Below, in pieces: positions 8,593 to 18,459 of a stretch of DNA of 49,619 nucleotides. The stretch comes from a virus (taxonomy: Duplodnaviria > Caudoviricetes). The first letter of the stretch is position 1. Each line of letters starts with the position of its first letter. The notes under the pieces are model-generated. The model was not told the origin of the DNA. It searched no databases and was given only the letters and a program-made list of their open reading frames with translations. The translations under genes were made by a program, and so were the position numbers. Location of the stretch: IMG/VR virus record IMGVR_UViG_3300032239_001017, positions 1 to 49,619 of that record, one strand, 5' to 3'.

Positions 8593-9362
8593 CAAATCCA
8601 AAAATCACAACGAAGAACGTAAACGGGCATCGTTTTTACATTCATCCGAATGTTAAGAACTTAACTGCACCAAGCGTTACTTCAATTGTTGGAATGCTCC
8701 CAGCACCATACTTGCAAAAGTGGAATAGCAAGGTAACTGCACAGTGCGCTGTTGACGAGTTCGTAAAACTCAGCGAACTAATTGATGCTGGAAGGCATAC
8801 ACAGGCTGTTGATTGGCTAAAGGCTGCGGCAGATAGGGAACTTAATAAAGCAGCAGATGCTGGAACTGCAGTTCACGGTCTTATTGAGGAACTTATAAAT
8901 GACCCAAATACTCCAGTTAGTGATGAACTAGCGCCATATATCAATGGGTTTTGGGAGTTTTGTGACAGGTTTGAGCCAGAGTGGGTTCACGTTGAAAAGT
9001 CAATCTTTTCCACCACCCATCTTTATGCTGGCTCTTTTGATGCTATCTGCAAGATTAAAAATAAAACAGTTTTGTTGGACTTCAAGACAACTCGCTCTGG
9101 GATTTCTCCAAAGGTCGCACTTCAATTGGCTGCCTATGCAAATGCAGACATCATGTTTGATGGAAGCAATGAAATTCCAATGCCAAAGGTAGATGCTGGA
9201 GCAGCACTCCTGCTTCGTCCAGATAAGTGGTTATACCAGCCGCTGCGCATCGACGACGATATTTTTGGAACCTTCTTGGCACTCCGTAGAACATTTGAGT
9301 GGGAATCGCGTCAGTCGAAAACCGCTATGCTTGCAACCGTACCGCATAAAGGATTGTTATGA
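8589..9362 (+). CDS. PD-(D/E)xK (RecB/Cas4-like) exonuclease
   Basis: PSVTSI, GTAVH, YAGSFD, LLDFKT and QLAAY motifs. Confidence 0.88.
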   Translation: MTNPKITTKNVNGHRFYIHPNVKNLTAPSVTSIVGMLPAPYLQKWNSKVTAQCAVDEFVKLSELIDAGRHTQAVDWLKAAADRELNKAADAGTAVHGLIEELINDPNTPVSDELAPYINGFWEFCDRFEPEWVHVEKSIFSTTHLYAGSFDAICKIKNKTVLLDFKTTRSGISPKVALQLAAYANADIMFDGSNEIPMPKVDAGAALLLRPDKWLYQPLRIDDDIFGTFLALRRTFEWESRQSKTAMLATVPHKGLL

Positions 9363-9910
9363 GAAAAGACATTAAGCCAGCAAACTGGGATAGTGCAGCA
9401 GCACTAATTGTAAATTCATTAGTTGACCTAACTGGTTCTTACGAGGTTTCAACTACTCCAGATGAGGTAGCAGTTCAATCACTTGTAGAAATTCAGTTTG
9501 ACAACATTGTTGAAATGGTCTTTCATTCGAAATATGAATCAGATGAATTGGAAGAATTATTTTTTGATATCGCAGTAGAGGCTCTTCATGCTTACTCTCT
9601 TGTTAAAGGAATAAGCGACAAGAAGGCAGCGTCACTAATCTACGACACAGTCGTAGGTAAGCAAAAGATGTACGGGCATGGAAATATTGCTCGGTTTGAA
9701 ATCCCAGGAATTGTTATTCGCATGAATGACAAACTTGAGCGATTGAAGAACCTTCGCAATTTTGATGGGCCAGTACTATTTGAACCAATTGAGGACACAT
9801 GGCTTGACATTTGTGGATATTCCATAATTGCAATCATGTGGCTGCGTGATTGGTTCTTGTTAAACCTGAAAAATCAGGACAAAGATACAAAAACATCAGG
9901 AGAGAAATGA
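9359..9910 (+). CDS. DUF1599 / nucleotide-modification-associated domain 1-like protein
   Basis: KQKMYG..NI...GIVIRMNDKLERLKNL...EPIEDTWLDICGY. Confidence 0.75.
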   Translation: MRKDIKPANWDSAAALIVNSLVDLTGSYEVSTTPDEVAVQSLVEIQFDNIVEMVFHSKYESDELEELFFDIAVEALHAYSLVKGISDKKAASLIYDTVVGKQKMYGHGNIARFEIPGIVIRMNDKLERLKNLRNFDGPVLFEPIEDTWLDICGYSIIAIMWLRDWFLLNLKNQDKDTKTSGEK

Positions 9911-10341
9911 GTACACAGGTAACAATGACAGGGAATCTTACAAATGACCCTGTTCTTAGGCAAACAAAAACTGGTTCATCACTGTTAAGTGTTGGGCTTG
10001 CCGTAACTCGCCGCTGGCGGGACAAGCAGGACAATTGGGAAGAGCAAACCTCTTTCTTTGACGTTACTGCCTGGGGAGAACTAGCCGACAATATGGCCTC
10101 AAGCCTCAACAAGGGCAACAAGGTAATTGTTGTTGGGCGACTTGAACAGCAAGAATGGACCGACAAGAATGACGGCTCGACAAAAAAGAAAGTTGTCGTA
10201 GTAGCAGACGATGTCGCTATTTCTTTGCGTAAAGCAACAGTTGACAGCATCAGCAAAACTGGTGTAAATCAGGGTGGGCAGCAATCGCAGGCAAAAAAGC
10301 CTGTTTCGTCAACAATGTTTGACGACGAACCACCATTCTGA
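9907..10341 (+). CDS. ssb: Single-stranded DNA-binding protein
   Basis: GNLTNDP, TSFFDVTAWGELA, VIVVGRLEQ, acidic tail DDEPPF; AGGAG RBS before ATG 9907. Confidence 0.95.
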   Translation: MSTQVTMTGNLTNDPVLRQTKTGSSLLSVGLAVTRRWRDKQDNWEEQTSFFDVTAWGELADNMASSLNKGNKVIVVGRLEQQEWTDKNDGSTKKKVVVVADDVAISLRKATVDSISKTGVNQGGQQSQAKKPVSSTMFDDEPPF

Positions 10342-10351
10342 CGCAATAAAT

Positions 10352-10403
10352 GTCGTGTGTCACGGGCGGGTTAGTGGGAACGGCTTAGCCCGTGGCACGC
10401 AAC
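10352..10403 (+). terminator. Stem-loop after ssb
   Basis: gtgtgtcacgggc / gcccgtggcacgc pairing with G-U pairs; T-tract lies further downstream. Confidence 0.5.
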
Positions 10404-10482
10404 AACAAAAACAGACTTTTTTGGTGTAACTTAGAGAGTCAGAGTATAAATTCTTCATGTCGGTCGTAAACAAGGTGTCAGC

Positions 10483-10707
10483 ATGCTTATAGGTTTAGGG
10501 ATAGCCGTTTTGGCGCTTGTAGTTGCATGGTTTGGCTCTGGAAAACTGGGCTTTGACGTGCGTAACAAGATTTCCGTTTCCGCTCTTTCTAGCGGTGCAG
10601 TTGTTGGAACCACTGCGGGATTTATGTATAACAGTACCGTAGGGATGGTTGTCCTTTCGGCAATGCTAATCATCATTGCTGTTCTATTTGGATATGAAAG
10701 GGCATAA
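10483..10707 (+). CDS. Small membrane protein upstream of portal
   Basis: 2-3 hydrophobic segments in 74 aa. Confidence 0.65.
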   Translation: MLIGLGIAVLALVVAWFGSGKLGFDVRNKISVSALSSGAVVGTTAGFMYNSTVGMVVLSAMLIIIAVLFGYERA

Positions 10708-10709
10708 CT

Positions 10710-12875
10710 GTGGCTTTTCTTCGCTCATTTACTGGACACACTAACGAAGGCTTTACTAACGAGAAGAAAGCATTTTATGTTCCGCAGACTGGTGGGACAC
10801 CTGGGGGGATTCCATATAAGGGCGGTTGGGATATCAACCGTGGAATTAGCCAAGCGCTAGACCGCACTACATGGGTTTACAAAGCCGTTTATGCAATTGC
10901 CGCCAACTCTGCTCGTCTTCCTATTGCGCTGCGCAAGGGTGACTGGAGAATCGGTGAGTTAACTTGGGATGCCGACATTCTTCAACTTCTAAATCGTCAG
11001 GCAAACCCAGCACAAGATGCATTTAGTTTCCGCTTTATGCTTTCCTCACAACTTTTGCTTTCTAACAACGGAGCATTTGTTGAAATCATTCGTAACCGAA
11101 TTGGTGAAGTAACAGCGCTTGTACTTTTGCAGCCGCAGTACACATTCCCAATTCCAGATAAAGATACTTTTGTTTCTGGATTCTCTGTTGAATACCCAAA
11201 TACACCAAAGCGTGTACTGAAGCCCGAAGATTGCTTGTGGATTCGTGTTCCACACCCAACACAGCCATACAAGAGTCAGACACCGCTTGAAGCAGCAGGT
11301 CTTGCAATTGAGTTTGATTACTACGCACGTGTTTACAACAGAAACTTTGTTGTTAACGATGCACGACCAGGCGGTTTGCTTGTAATCGGTGGAGACATTG
11401 ATGATGAACAAAGTGAAGAACTTAAGCGTCGCTTCTCTGGCTCAACTGGTTCTAACATCGGTGGTGCTGGACGATTGACGGTAATGGCAGCAGAGACTGC
11501 TCAGTTCATTGACACAACAACCAATCAACGAGATGCGCAGTATCAAGAGGCAAGAATGCAAAATAAGGAAGAAATCCTTATTGCTTTTGGTGTTCCTGAG
11601 ACAGTAATTGGAAATGCTTCAAACCGAACATTTGCCAACTCTGATACAGAACTTGAAGTATTTTGGCGAGAAACTATGCTTCCTCACCTCACGCTTCTAG
11701 AGCGAGCATTTGACAAACTTGACGAGGATTTGTCAACCTATTTCTCATATGACCTATCGTCTGTTGCAATTCTAAGTCGTGACGACAGAGACCGCTCTAG
11801 ATTCCATCTTGAAGAATTGAAACAAGGCGCAATCAGTATCGATGAGTATCGTAACTTGACTGGACGTGATGCAGTCGGAATTGATGAATTGCTTATTCCG
11901 ACTAACTTGTCGCCAGTTGTTATGCAGACAAATAATTCTGCAAGTCCAAATGGAGATGGTCAACCACTAAATCCAAATCAACGCCCAGGCCGTCGTCCCG
12001 CTGGCTCACCAGACAAACCAGTTCCAGACGGACAGACTTCATCGCAGTCAGCACAAGACAACAGAGTAGACCCAACGAACAACGAGCCATCACCGCGCGC
12101 CGTTTATACTCCACCACTGACTGAACTTGGACTTGAGTTCGGTGAATTCAAGAGCAGCGAAGATGCTGGAACGCACAGAATGCGTCAGTTGAATCGCCTT
12201 GAACAAAGTGTAGGACTACAGGTTGGTTCGCTATTCAAGCGTCAAGAGCGAGTAGTTCTTGAAAAGGCTTCTTCAAAGAAGAGCAAAGAAAAATGGGATT
12301 CAGCAGAGAAATTAAAGGTTGAAGACATTTTTGACTCAGCAGTCTGGGATAGGCAGTTGACGAGCGATGCAAAGACTTGGATGTCGTCAGTATTCCTTGA
12401 CGGAGTAATTGAAATGGCTTCAAACAGAATTGACTCATTGGATATGGATGAGCAGAAGTTAGAAGAAACACTTAGCCCACGACTTAAAACTATTTTAAGA
12501 ATCAATGAGACTACTAAGTCAAATATCCAAAGACTTTTAGATGAGTGCAAAGATTCAACTCATGCTGAGTTTGTTCTTGCATTGCGTCAGTGGATGAATT
12601 CATCTTTTACCAAGCGAGTAAAGACAATTGCTGTGACAGAGGTTGGCGGCGCATTTAATGCTGGTCTTATTTGGGCAGCAAAGCAACTTGGGTACTCAAC
12701 AAAGACTTGGGTGCACTTAGCATCTGACACTTCAAGGAGTGAGCATGCAAATCTTGCATCGACTACGGTTTCAATTGATGACCCATTTATTGTTTCTGGA
12801 AAGTCTGTTCAATACCCAGGCGACCCTGAACATGACGACAACCATAATTGTCGTTGCACACTTTTGTTCTCATAG
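10710..12875 (+). CDS. HK97-type portal protein fused to a C-terminal MuF/gp7-like domain
   Basis: Portal motifs (VYKAVYAIA, LLLSNNGAF, IAFGVPETVIG, ISIDEYR); C-terminal KTW...RSEH...YPGDP...NCRC. Confidence 0.88.
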   Translation: MAFLRSFTGHTNEGFTNEKKAFYVPQTGGTPGGIPYKGGWDINRGISQALDRTTWVYKAVYAIAANSARLPIALRKGDWRIGELTWDADILQLLNRQANPAQDAFSFRFMLSSQLLLSNNGAFVEIIRNRIGEVTALVLLQPQYTFPIPDKDTFVSGFSVEYPNTPKRVLKPEDCLWIRVPHPTQPYKSQTPLEAAGLAIEFDYYARVYNRNFVVNDARPGGLLVIGGDIDDEQSEELKRRFSGSTGSNIGGAGRLTVMAAETAQFIDTTTNQRDAQYQEARMQNKEEILIAFGVPETVIGNASNRTFANSDTELEVFWRETMLPHLTLLERAFDKLDEDLSTYFSYDLSSVAILSRDDRDRSRFHLEELKQGAISIDEYRNLTGRDAVGIDELLIPTNLSPVVMQTNNSASPNGDGQPLNPNQRPGRRPAGSPDKPVPDGQTSSQSAQDNRVDPTNNEPSPRAVYTPPLTELGLEFGEFKSSEDAGTHRMRQLNRLEQSVGLQVGSLFKRQERVVLEKASSKKSKEKWDSAEKLKVEDIFDSAVWDRQLTSDAKTWMSSVFLDGVIEMASNRIDSLDMDEQKLEETLSPRLKTILRINETTKSNIQRLLDECKDSTHAEFVLALRQWMNSSFTKRVKTIAVTEVGGAFNAGLIWAAKQLGYSTKTWVHLASDTSRSEHANLASTTVSIDDPFIVSGKSVQYPGDPEHDDNHNCRCTLLFS

Positions 12876-12929
12876 ACTATACGAAAACATATAGTTACAG
12901 TAGACATTGTAACAAAATAGTATTTTCTG

Positions 12930-12950
12930 TGTTACTATTGCGTTAGGAGG
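12930..12950 (+). promoter_or_regulatory. Extended -10 promoter and RBS for the protease gene
   Basis: TGtTACTAT at 12930-12938; AGGAGG at 12945-12950. Confidence 0.5.
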
Positions 12951-12955
12951 CCACC

Positions 12956-15793
12956 TTGGAGCGCAAACAAGTACCAGTTTCATCTGTTGAGGGCATTAAT
13001 ACAGCCGATGGAATCGTTGAGGCTATTGTTTCAGTAACGAATGTTGTCGACTCTGTCAATGACATTATTGAGCCAGGCGCATATGCCCGCACCCTCAAGA
13101 AGCGCACCCCTAAAGGCGTATGGTCTCACGATACGAATATCCCAGTAGCAAAGACTCTGAGTGTCGTGGAACTTCTTCCGAAGGACCCTCGTTTGCCAGC
13201 AGACCTTCTTGCTCAAAATGCTGGAGCACTTCTTGTAAAAATGCAGTTCAATATGAATACGACACGTGGTCGCGATGCATTTTATGATGTTCAGTTTTAC
13301 GGCCCAGAACAAGAGTATTCAATTGGCTACTCTGTCGGCGAAGGTAACTACAGGATTGATGAAAAGTCTGGCATCCGTTATATCAAGTCGCTGGAACTTT
13401 ACGAATACTCACCAGTAATTTTTGGTGCTGCTCCAAATACTCGTACACTTTCAATTAAGGAAGATGAAATCTCTTTTGCTGAAGAAAAAGATGACTTGCC
13501 AGAGACTGAAACTTTTATTATTGCAGAACAAGAAGAAAAAGCAGCATACTCAGACATTGATTTCTCAATTCCTGCTGGAGTAAAGAAGCAAGCAGAAATC
13601 GGTCTTGAGTGGTCAAAAGAATTTAATCGCGGTGGAACTTCAGTTGGAAAGAACACTGCAAACTATTTAATAAATAACAGCACTGTAAGTCCGCAGAAGG
13701 CACGTCACATTGCTCGTTACTTCCCACGTCATGAAGTTGACCTCTCAACTCCAGCAAATAGTAAGCCAGGTGCTGATGGATATCCAGGTGCTGGCCTTAT
13801 TGCTTGGAAACTTTGGGGTGGAGACGAAGGTCGTCGCTGGTCGCAAAAACTTGTTGATGCGATGAACAGGCGCGATGGAGTCAAAGCAGCGACAAGCAGT
13901 TTCAAGGTCGGCGACTTTGTATTCTGGAGGGCATCTGGCGGTCGCGCATTTGGAAAGATTGAAAAAATTGTTCGCGACGGTGAAATCAATGTTCCGAACA
14001 GTAGTTTTACAATTACTGGAACTCCAGATGACCCAGCAGCGCTAATACGCATCTATCGTGTTGAAGGAATTAACTCTGTTCCAACTGAAGTGCGTGTTGG
14101 GCATAAGTTTTCAACATTAGAAAAAGTTGATGGCGAAAAAGATATTTATACCGATATGCCAGAAGGAAATCCAAGTTCGTTTGGAACTCCACAGCGCATA
14201 ACAACACCAACACCTCCAGGATTCCCCCAAGAAGGAACTGGTCGTCGTCGTGCTGGTCGCCGTCGTCGTCGCACTGGTCAAACAATGGGATACGCACCGA
14301 CTGAAGGAAAACCATATCGCGTTTCACGAAATGGTGGAGGATGCAACGGATATGCAGTTATTAAAGAAGGCGAAAGTAGTCCTGTTCCTGGTGGTTGTCA
14401 TGAGACTCTTGCCGATGCTCGCCGACACATGTCTGCTCTTTATACAGCGGAGGCAGGCGCCAAAATGGCGTCTATGGGAGTAAAAGCAGACGAGGAAATT
14501 AATGGTTGTCCAGCAGCAACACAAGACATTTCGGTCAACCTTCGCAACCGTGCAGTTGCGGTTTCAGTAGCAAACTACGGACCAATGAACCCAGAACTTC
14601 CAAATGATGAATTCTGGAAAGCAAAGGGAGATTTGTTTAATACAACTCCAGAGATTGCAAAGCAGTCACGTTGTTCAAACTGTGCAGCATTTATTCAAAC
14701 TACCAAAATGCTTAATTGTATTGAAAAAGGTCTTGATTCTGGACCAGAAGCAGTTGCAATTGTGGAAAAAGCAAATCTTGGCTACTGCGAAATTTTTGAC
14801 TTTAAGTGTGCTGGTGAAAGAACATGCGATGCATGGGTAACTGGTGGACCAGTAACAGACGCAGACATCAAAGAGTCTGATATTGAAGAGTTCAAGGATG
14901 CTGGCGCAATGGGCCGTGGTGTTCCTACCCACCATACGCAAGTAAATATGAATCGCGCATGGGATAAGACCCAGCCATATAAGAATATGAAGTCGCCAGC
15001 AACGTCTTCATACTACGACAGGATTTTTGCCTATCAAAACCCAAACACAAAGGGTGACCGCAAAACCCACTATAACTTTATTCATCACTATGTTGGCTCC
15101 GATGGAACTCCAGGTGAAGCGTCGTACTCTGCATTGATTAATTCCATGAGCGTCCTAAATGGTGGTCGCTCTGGAACAACACTTCGCGGAGAAGCGCGTC
15201 GCGCCGTTTACAATCACATCGCTGCTCACTATCGTGACGCTGGTAAAGAACCACCAGAACTCAAGTCTGACGAGTATGTTGATTATGTAATGATTATGAA
15301 GGGTCTCCTTGATAAGCCATTGACCGATGCAAATGATGTTGAGGTTAAGGGAATGGGTGGACCAATCCCATCACATACAACACCAGTTAGTGATGGCCGC
15401 CAACTCACTCGTGAGAATGCAATTCTTGTGGTTAAGTCTCCAGCAGACAGGGCTTATTATTCCAAGGTCTTTGCTTATCAACTTCCTAATACTGATGGAA
15501 CAAAGAAAACGCATTACACATTCATTCACCATTTTGTAAGCGCTGATGGAAAACCAGGAGCGGCAGCAATGTCCGAACTCAAGGTACAGATGTCGGTATT
15601 GAATGGAGCACGCTCTGGAACGATTCTCAGAGGAGCAGAACGTAAGGCAGTATGGAATCATCTTGCGCACCACTACCGCGATTTTGGAGCAACCCCTCCA
15701 GAACTCAAGTCCGACCAGTATCTGGATAACATCATGATGCAGAAGGGTCTAATTACAGAGCCATTGTCCAATATGGAGGACACAAATGACTGA
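12956..15793 (+). CDS. HK97-family prohead protease with long multi-domain C-terminal extension
   Basis: VDSVNDIIEPGAY, WSHD (His), YSIGY (Ser), LYEYSPVIFGA in the first ~165 aa; ~780 aa of extra modules. Confidence 0.9.
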   Translation: MERKQVPVSSVEGINTADGIVEAIVSVTNVVDSVNDIIEPGAYARTLKKRTPKGVWSHDTNIPVAKTLSVVELLPKDPRLPADLLAQNAGALLVKMQFNMNTTRGRDAFYDVQFYGPEQEYSIGYSVGEGNYRIDEKSGIRYIKSLELYEYSPVIFGAAPNTRTLSIKEDEISFAEEKDDLPETETFIIAEQEEKAAYSDIDFSIPAGVKKQAEIGLEWSKEFNRGGTSVGKNTANYLINNSTVSPQKARHIARYFPRHEVDLSTPANSKPGADGYPGAGLIAWKLWGGDEGRRWSQKLVDAMNRRDGVKAATSSFKVGDFVFWRASGGRAFGKIEKIVRDGEINVPNSSFTITGTPDDPAALIRIYRVEGINSVPTEVRVGHKFSTLEKVDGEKDIYTDMPEGNPSSFGTPQRITTPTPPGFPQEGTGRRRAGRRRRRTGQTMGYAPTEGKPYRVSRNGGGCNGYAVIKEGESSPVPGGCHETLADARRHMSALYTAEAGAKMASMGVKADEEINGCPAATQDISVNLRNRAVAVSVANYGPMNPELPNDEFWKAKGDLFNTTPEIAKQSRCSNCAAFIQTTKMLNCIEKGLDSGPEAVAIVEKANLGYCEIFDFKCAGERTCDAWVTGGPVTDADIKESDIEEFKDAGAMGRGVPTHHTQVNMNRAWDKTQPYKNMKSPATSSYYDRIFAYQNPNTKGDRKTHYNFIHHYVGSDGTPGEASYSALINSMSVLNGGRSGTTLRGEARRAVYNHIAAHYRDAGKEPPELKSDEYVDYVMIMKGLLDKPLTDANDVEVKGMGGPIPSHTTPVSDGRQLTRENAILVVKSPADRAYYSKVFAYQLPNTDGTKKTHYTFIHHFVSADGKPGAAAMSELKVQMSVLNGARSGTILRGAERKAVWNHLAHHYRDFGATPPELKSDQYLDNIMMQKGLITEPLSNMEDTND

Positions 15794-17171
15794 ACTTAAG
15801 GTAGGCATGGAGGTCCTTTGGACCGACGATGATGGCGAAAATATTGGCATTATTGCTGATTTTTCCGCTGACTCAGAACTCGTAAAGGTCATCAAGTGCA
15901 TTGACTATGAAGGTCTTGAAGTAACTGATGAGGAAGTAACCCTCCTCTGCGATGAAGTAAAACAGTATTTTGGTGGGGTTAAAGCAAAAGCAGTTGCAAA
16001 ACTCCAAGAGGGCGGATTTGTTTCATGGAGCACTTCAATTGGTGATTATTACGGTGATATTTTGCATATCGCCACAGAAGGTACTCTTCGCGGAGAACCA
16101 CAAGGGACAGAAATAGAAGCCTCTACAGACAAGCCCGCTTATGCGGTTAGAGTTTGGATGTGGGATGAAGAGGAGTGGGAAGCAACCAACTCAATGGTGG
16201 TAACCTATGCCGATAGTCTCACAGCAATTGATATACTTCCAGAACCGATGGATGAACCAGCAAACGGAGAAAATATGATTAAGGACATTAGCGATTCACT
16301 TCAAGCGCAGATTGCCGACATTGTTGCACAGAAGGTCGCTGATGCACTTGTTGCTGCTGGTTTGATTCAGCACAAGTCAGATGATGCAGTTACAGAGGAA
16401 GTCGCTGCTCTAGCAGAAGAAGTTGTAGCAGAAGAGAATGTTGAAGTCGCTGCTAAAGAGTCAGCAGAAGTTGCTGAAGAGGTAAAAGAGGATGTTATTG
16501 CAGAAGATGCTGAATATGAGGCAGACGACGCAGATGCAGATGCAGAATCAGAGGCAAAGGCCGCTGGAGCGATGGGCCGCGTAGTTCCAACTCATAAGAC
16601 TGGTGTCAATATGACCCAGGCTTGGGATGGTCCAATGAACAAGACTCATATCAAGTCACCATCGACAACCGCATACTTCGACAGAATTTTCGCTTATCAG
16701 CGTCCAAACACCGTTGGTGACATGAAGGCTCACTACTCCTTTATTCACCACTTTGTTGCAGCAGATGGAACACCTGGTGAAGCATCGTTCGCAGCATTGG
16801 CAAGTGCAATTGCAACTTTGAATGGTGGTCGTGCAGGCACGGTTCTTCGTGGAGCAGCACGTCAAGGCGTTTACCGTCACCTCGCATCACACTACAAGGA
16901 TGCTGGTCGCCCAGCACCTGAACTCAAAGGTGATGATTTTGTAGATGCTCTCATGATTGAGAATGGAATTATTTCTCAGCCAATCATCCCGTCAGAGGAT
17001 AATGTTGCAGAAATGAAGTCGATTGAAGAAATCAATGCGGAGTTCAGCATCGTTGAAGAAGTTGCAGTAGATGCAGCAGTGGAGGAAAAGGCAGAAGACG
17101 TAGTGGTCGAAACTGCCTCACTAACATTTGAAGACCTTAAAGAGTTCCAAGAACTTATTAAAGTGCTATAG
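15786..17171 (+). CDS. Acidic head protein / scaffold-like protein sharing a ~120-aa repeat domain with the protease
   Basis: E/A/D-rich coiled region; third copy of the FAYQ..FIHH..LNG.R.G..H.A.HY domain; GGAGG RBS. Confidence 0.65.
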   Translation: MTELKVGMEVLWTDDDGENIGIIADFSADSELVKVIKCIDYEGLEVTDEEVTLLCDEVKQYFGGVKAKAVAKLQEGGFVSWSTSIGDYYGDILHIATEGTLRGEPQGTEIEASTDKPAYAVRVWMWDEEEWEATNSMVVTYADSLTAIDILPEPMDEPANGENMIKDISDSLQAQIADIVAQKVADALVAAGLIQHKSDDAVTEEVAALAEEVVAEENVEVAAKESAEVAEEVKEDVIAEDAEYEADDADADAESEAKAAGAMGRVVPTHKTGVNMTQAWDGPMNKTHIKSPSTTAYFDRIFAYQRPNTVGDMKAHYSFIHHFVAADGTPGEASFAALASAIATLNGGRAGTVLRGAARQGVYRHLASHYKDAGRPAPELKGDDFVDALMIENGIISQPIIPSEDNVAEMKSIEEINAEFSIVEEVAVDAAVEEKAEDVVVETASLTFEDLKEFQELIKVL

Positions 17172-17206
17172 TATCCATAGACGTTGTAGGCGTCTATGGA
17201 GGATTA

Positions 17207-17470
17207 GTGAATTTAGGTAAAGAAATATCTAAGGTTCAACAAAGCGTTTCTATTGGTAAAGTTGATAGGCTTTTATCTGCGTTAAACAAAGAAGATTCTA
17301 AATCATTGATTGAAGCAATGAGTAATTTAGATATTTCTAGCAGAGTTATTTCAAAAGTTTTAAAAGACCGTGGCTATGCAGTTGGTCGGTCCGCAGTAGA
17401 TAAATGGCGGCACGACAATGTTCCAAATTATGAAACAAGAAGCAACCACTTCATTGGAGATGCAAAATGA
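17207..17470 (+). CDS. Small putative DNA-binding protein
   Basis: ISSRVISKVLKDRGYAVGRSAVDKWR HTH-like segment, coupled to the phosphoesterase. Confidence 0.6.
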   Translation: MNLGKEISKVQQSVSIGKVDRLLSALNKEDSKSLIEAMSNLDISSRVISKVLKDRGYAVGRSAVDKWRHDNVPNYETRSNHFIGDAK

Positions 17471-18459
17471 CTCTTGCAAATGATTTACAGTTTGCCGTAA
17501 CTAAACGCACTGGCCCAGAATGGCCAGTAATCAAGCAGGGTCCTGCAATTAAACTTCCTGCAACACAGTCTGTCAAAAAAGAAAAATCACAGTTTAAAAC
17601 TTGCGTTGTTTTACCTGATATGCAATGTGGTTATTTTAGAGATGTAGATGGAAGTTTTATAGCAATACATGATGAAACCGCAATTGATTTGGCTATTGAA
17701 TTTATTAAAGAAACAAAACCAGATGTAATTGCAATGAATGGCGACAATGCAGACTTTGCTGAATTTGGAAAGTATCGCTTAACACCCGCGTATCAATTAA
17801 CTACGCAAAAAACAATTGACTACTTGACAACATTATGTGCACGTTTGCGTGCAGCATCTCCACAAGCAGAAATTGTTTGGCTTGAAGGAAACCATGAAGC
17901 AAGATTAGGAAATTATATTCTTGATAATGCAAATGCCGCATTTGGTTTGAAGCGCGGGAATATCCCTTCGTCATGGCCAGTAATGTCGCTTCCTTATTTG
18001 TGCAGATTTGATGAGTGGAATGTTAAGTATCTTCCTGGTTATCCAGCGTCAACTTATTGGCTGAATAAAAAATTAAGAATTATTCACGGACACAAAGTCG
18101 CATCTGGTGGAAGTACGGCGCATAAATACTTGGCAACCGAAAAGACCTCAGTCTTGTATGGACACATTCATCGTCGAGAATGGGCAGAGCGGACACGTCA
18201 AGACTGGGATGGAGATAAAACTATTTTGGCTGCATCGGCAGGATGTCTTGCCCGCGTAGATGGTGTCGTGCCGAGCACGAAAGGTGGAAAAGATTTAGAC
18301 GGACGCCCAATTCCATGTACAGAAGATTGGCAGCAAGGAATCGCTGTTGTTCACTATGTTCCTGGCGATGGTCCATTCCACCTTGAACTTGTTCCAATCC
18401 ACAATGGGTCAATGTTCTACCGAGGAAAAACTTACGCTACCAATAAAAAGAAGAAATGA
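17467..18459 (+). CDS. Calcineurin-like metallophosphoesterase
   Basis: PDMQ, GDNAD, GNHE, HGH and GHIH motifs. Confidence 0.88.
   Translation: MTLANDLQFAVTKRTGPEWPVIKQGPAIKLPATQSVKKEKSQFKTCVVLPDMQCGYFRDVDGSFIAIHDETAIDLAIEFIKETKPDVIAMNGDNADFAEFGKYRLTPAYQLTTQKTIDYLTTLCARLRAASPQAEIVWLEGNHEARLGNYILDNANAAFGLKRGNIPSSWPVMSLPYLCRFDEWNVKYLPGYPASTYWLNKKLRIIHGHKVASGGSTAHKYLATEKTSVLYGHIHRREWAERTRQDWDGDKTILAASAGCLARVDGVVPSTKGGKDLDGRPIPCTEDWQQGIAVVHYVPGDGPFHLELVPIHNGSMFYRGKTYATNKKKK

Noticed and set aside
8589-9362. Cas4 / CRISPR adaptation gene
   Set aside because: It lacks the Cas4 Fe-S Cys cluster and lies near ssb, so an ordinary phage recombination exonuclease fits better.
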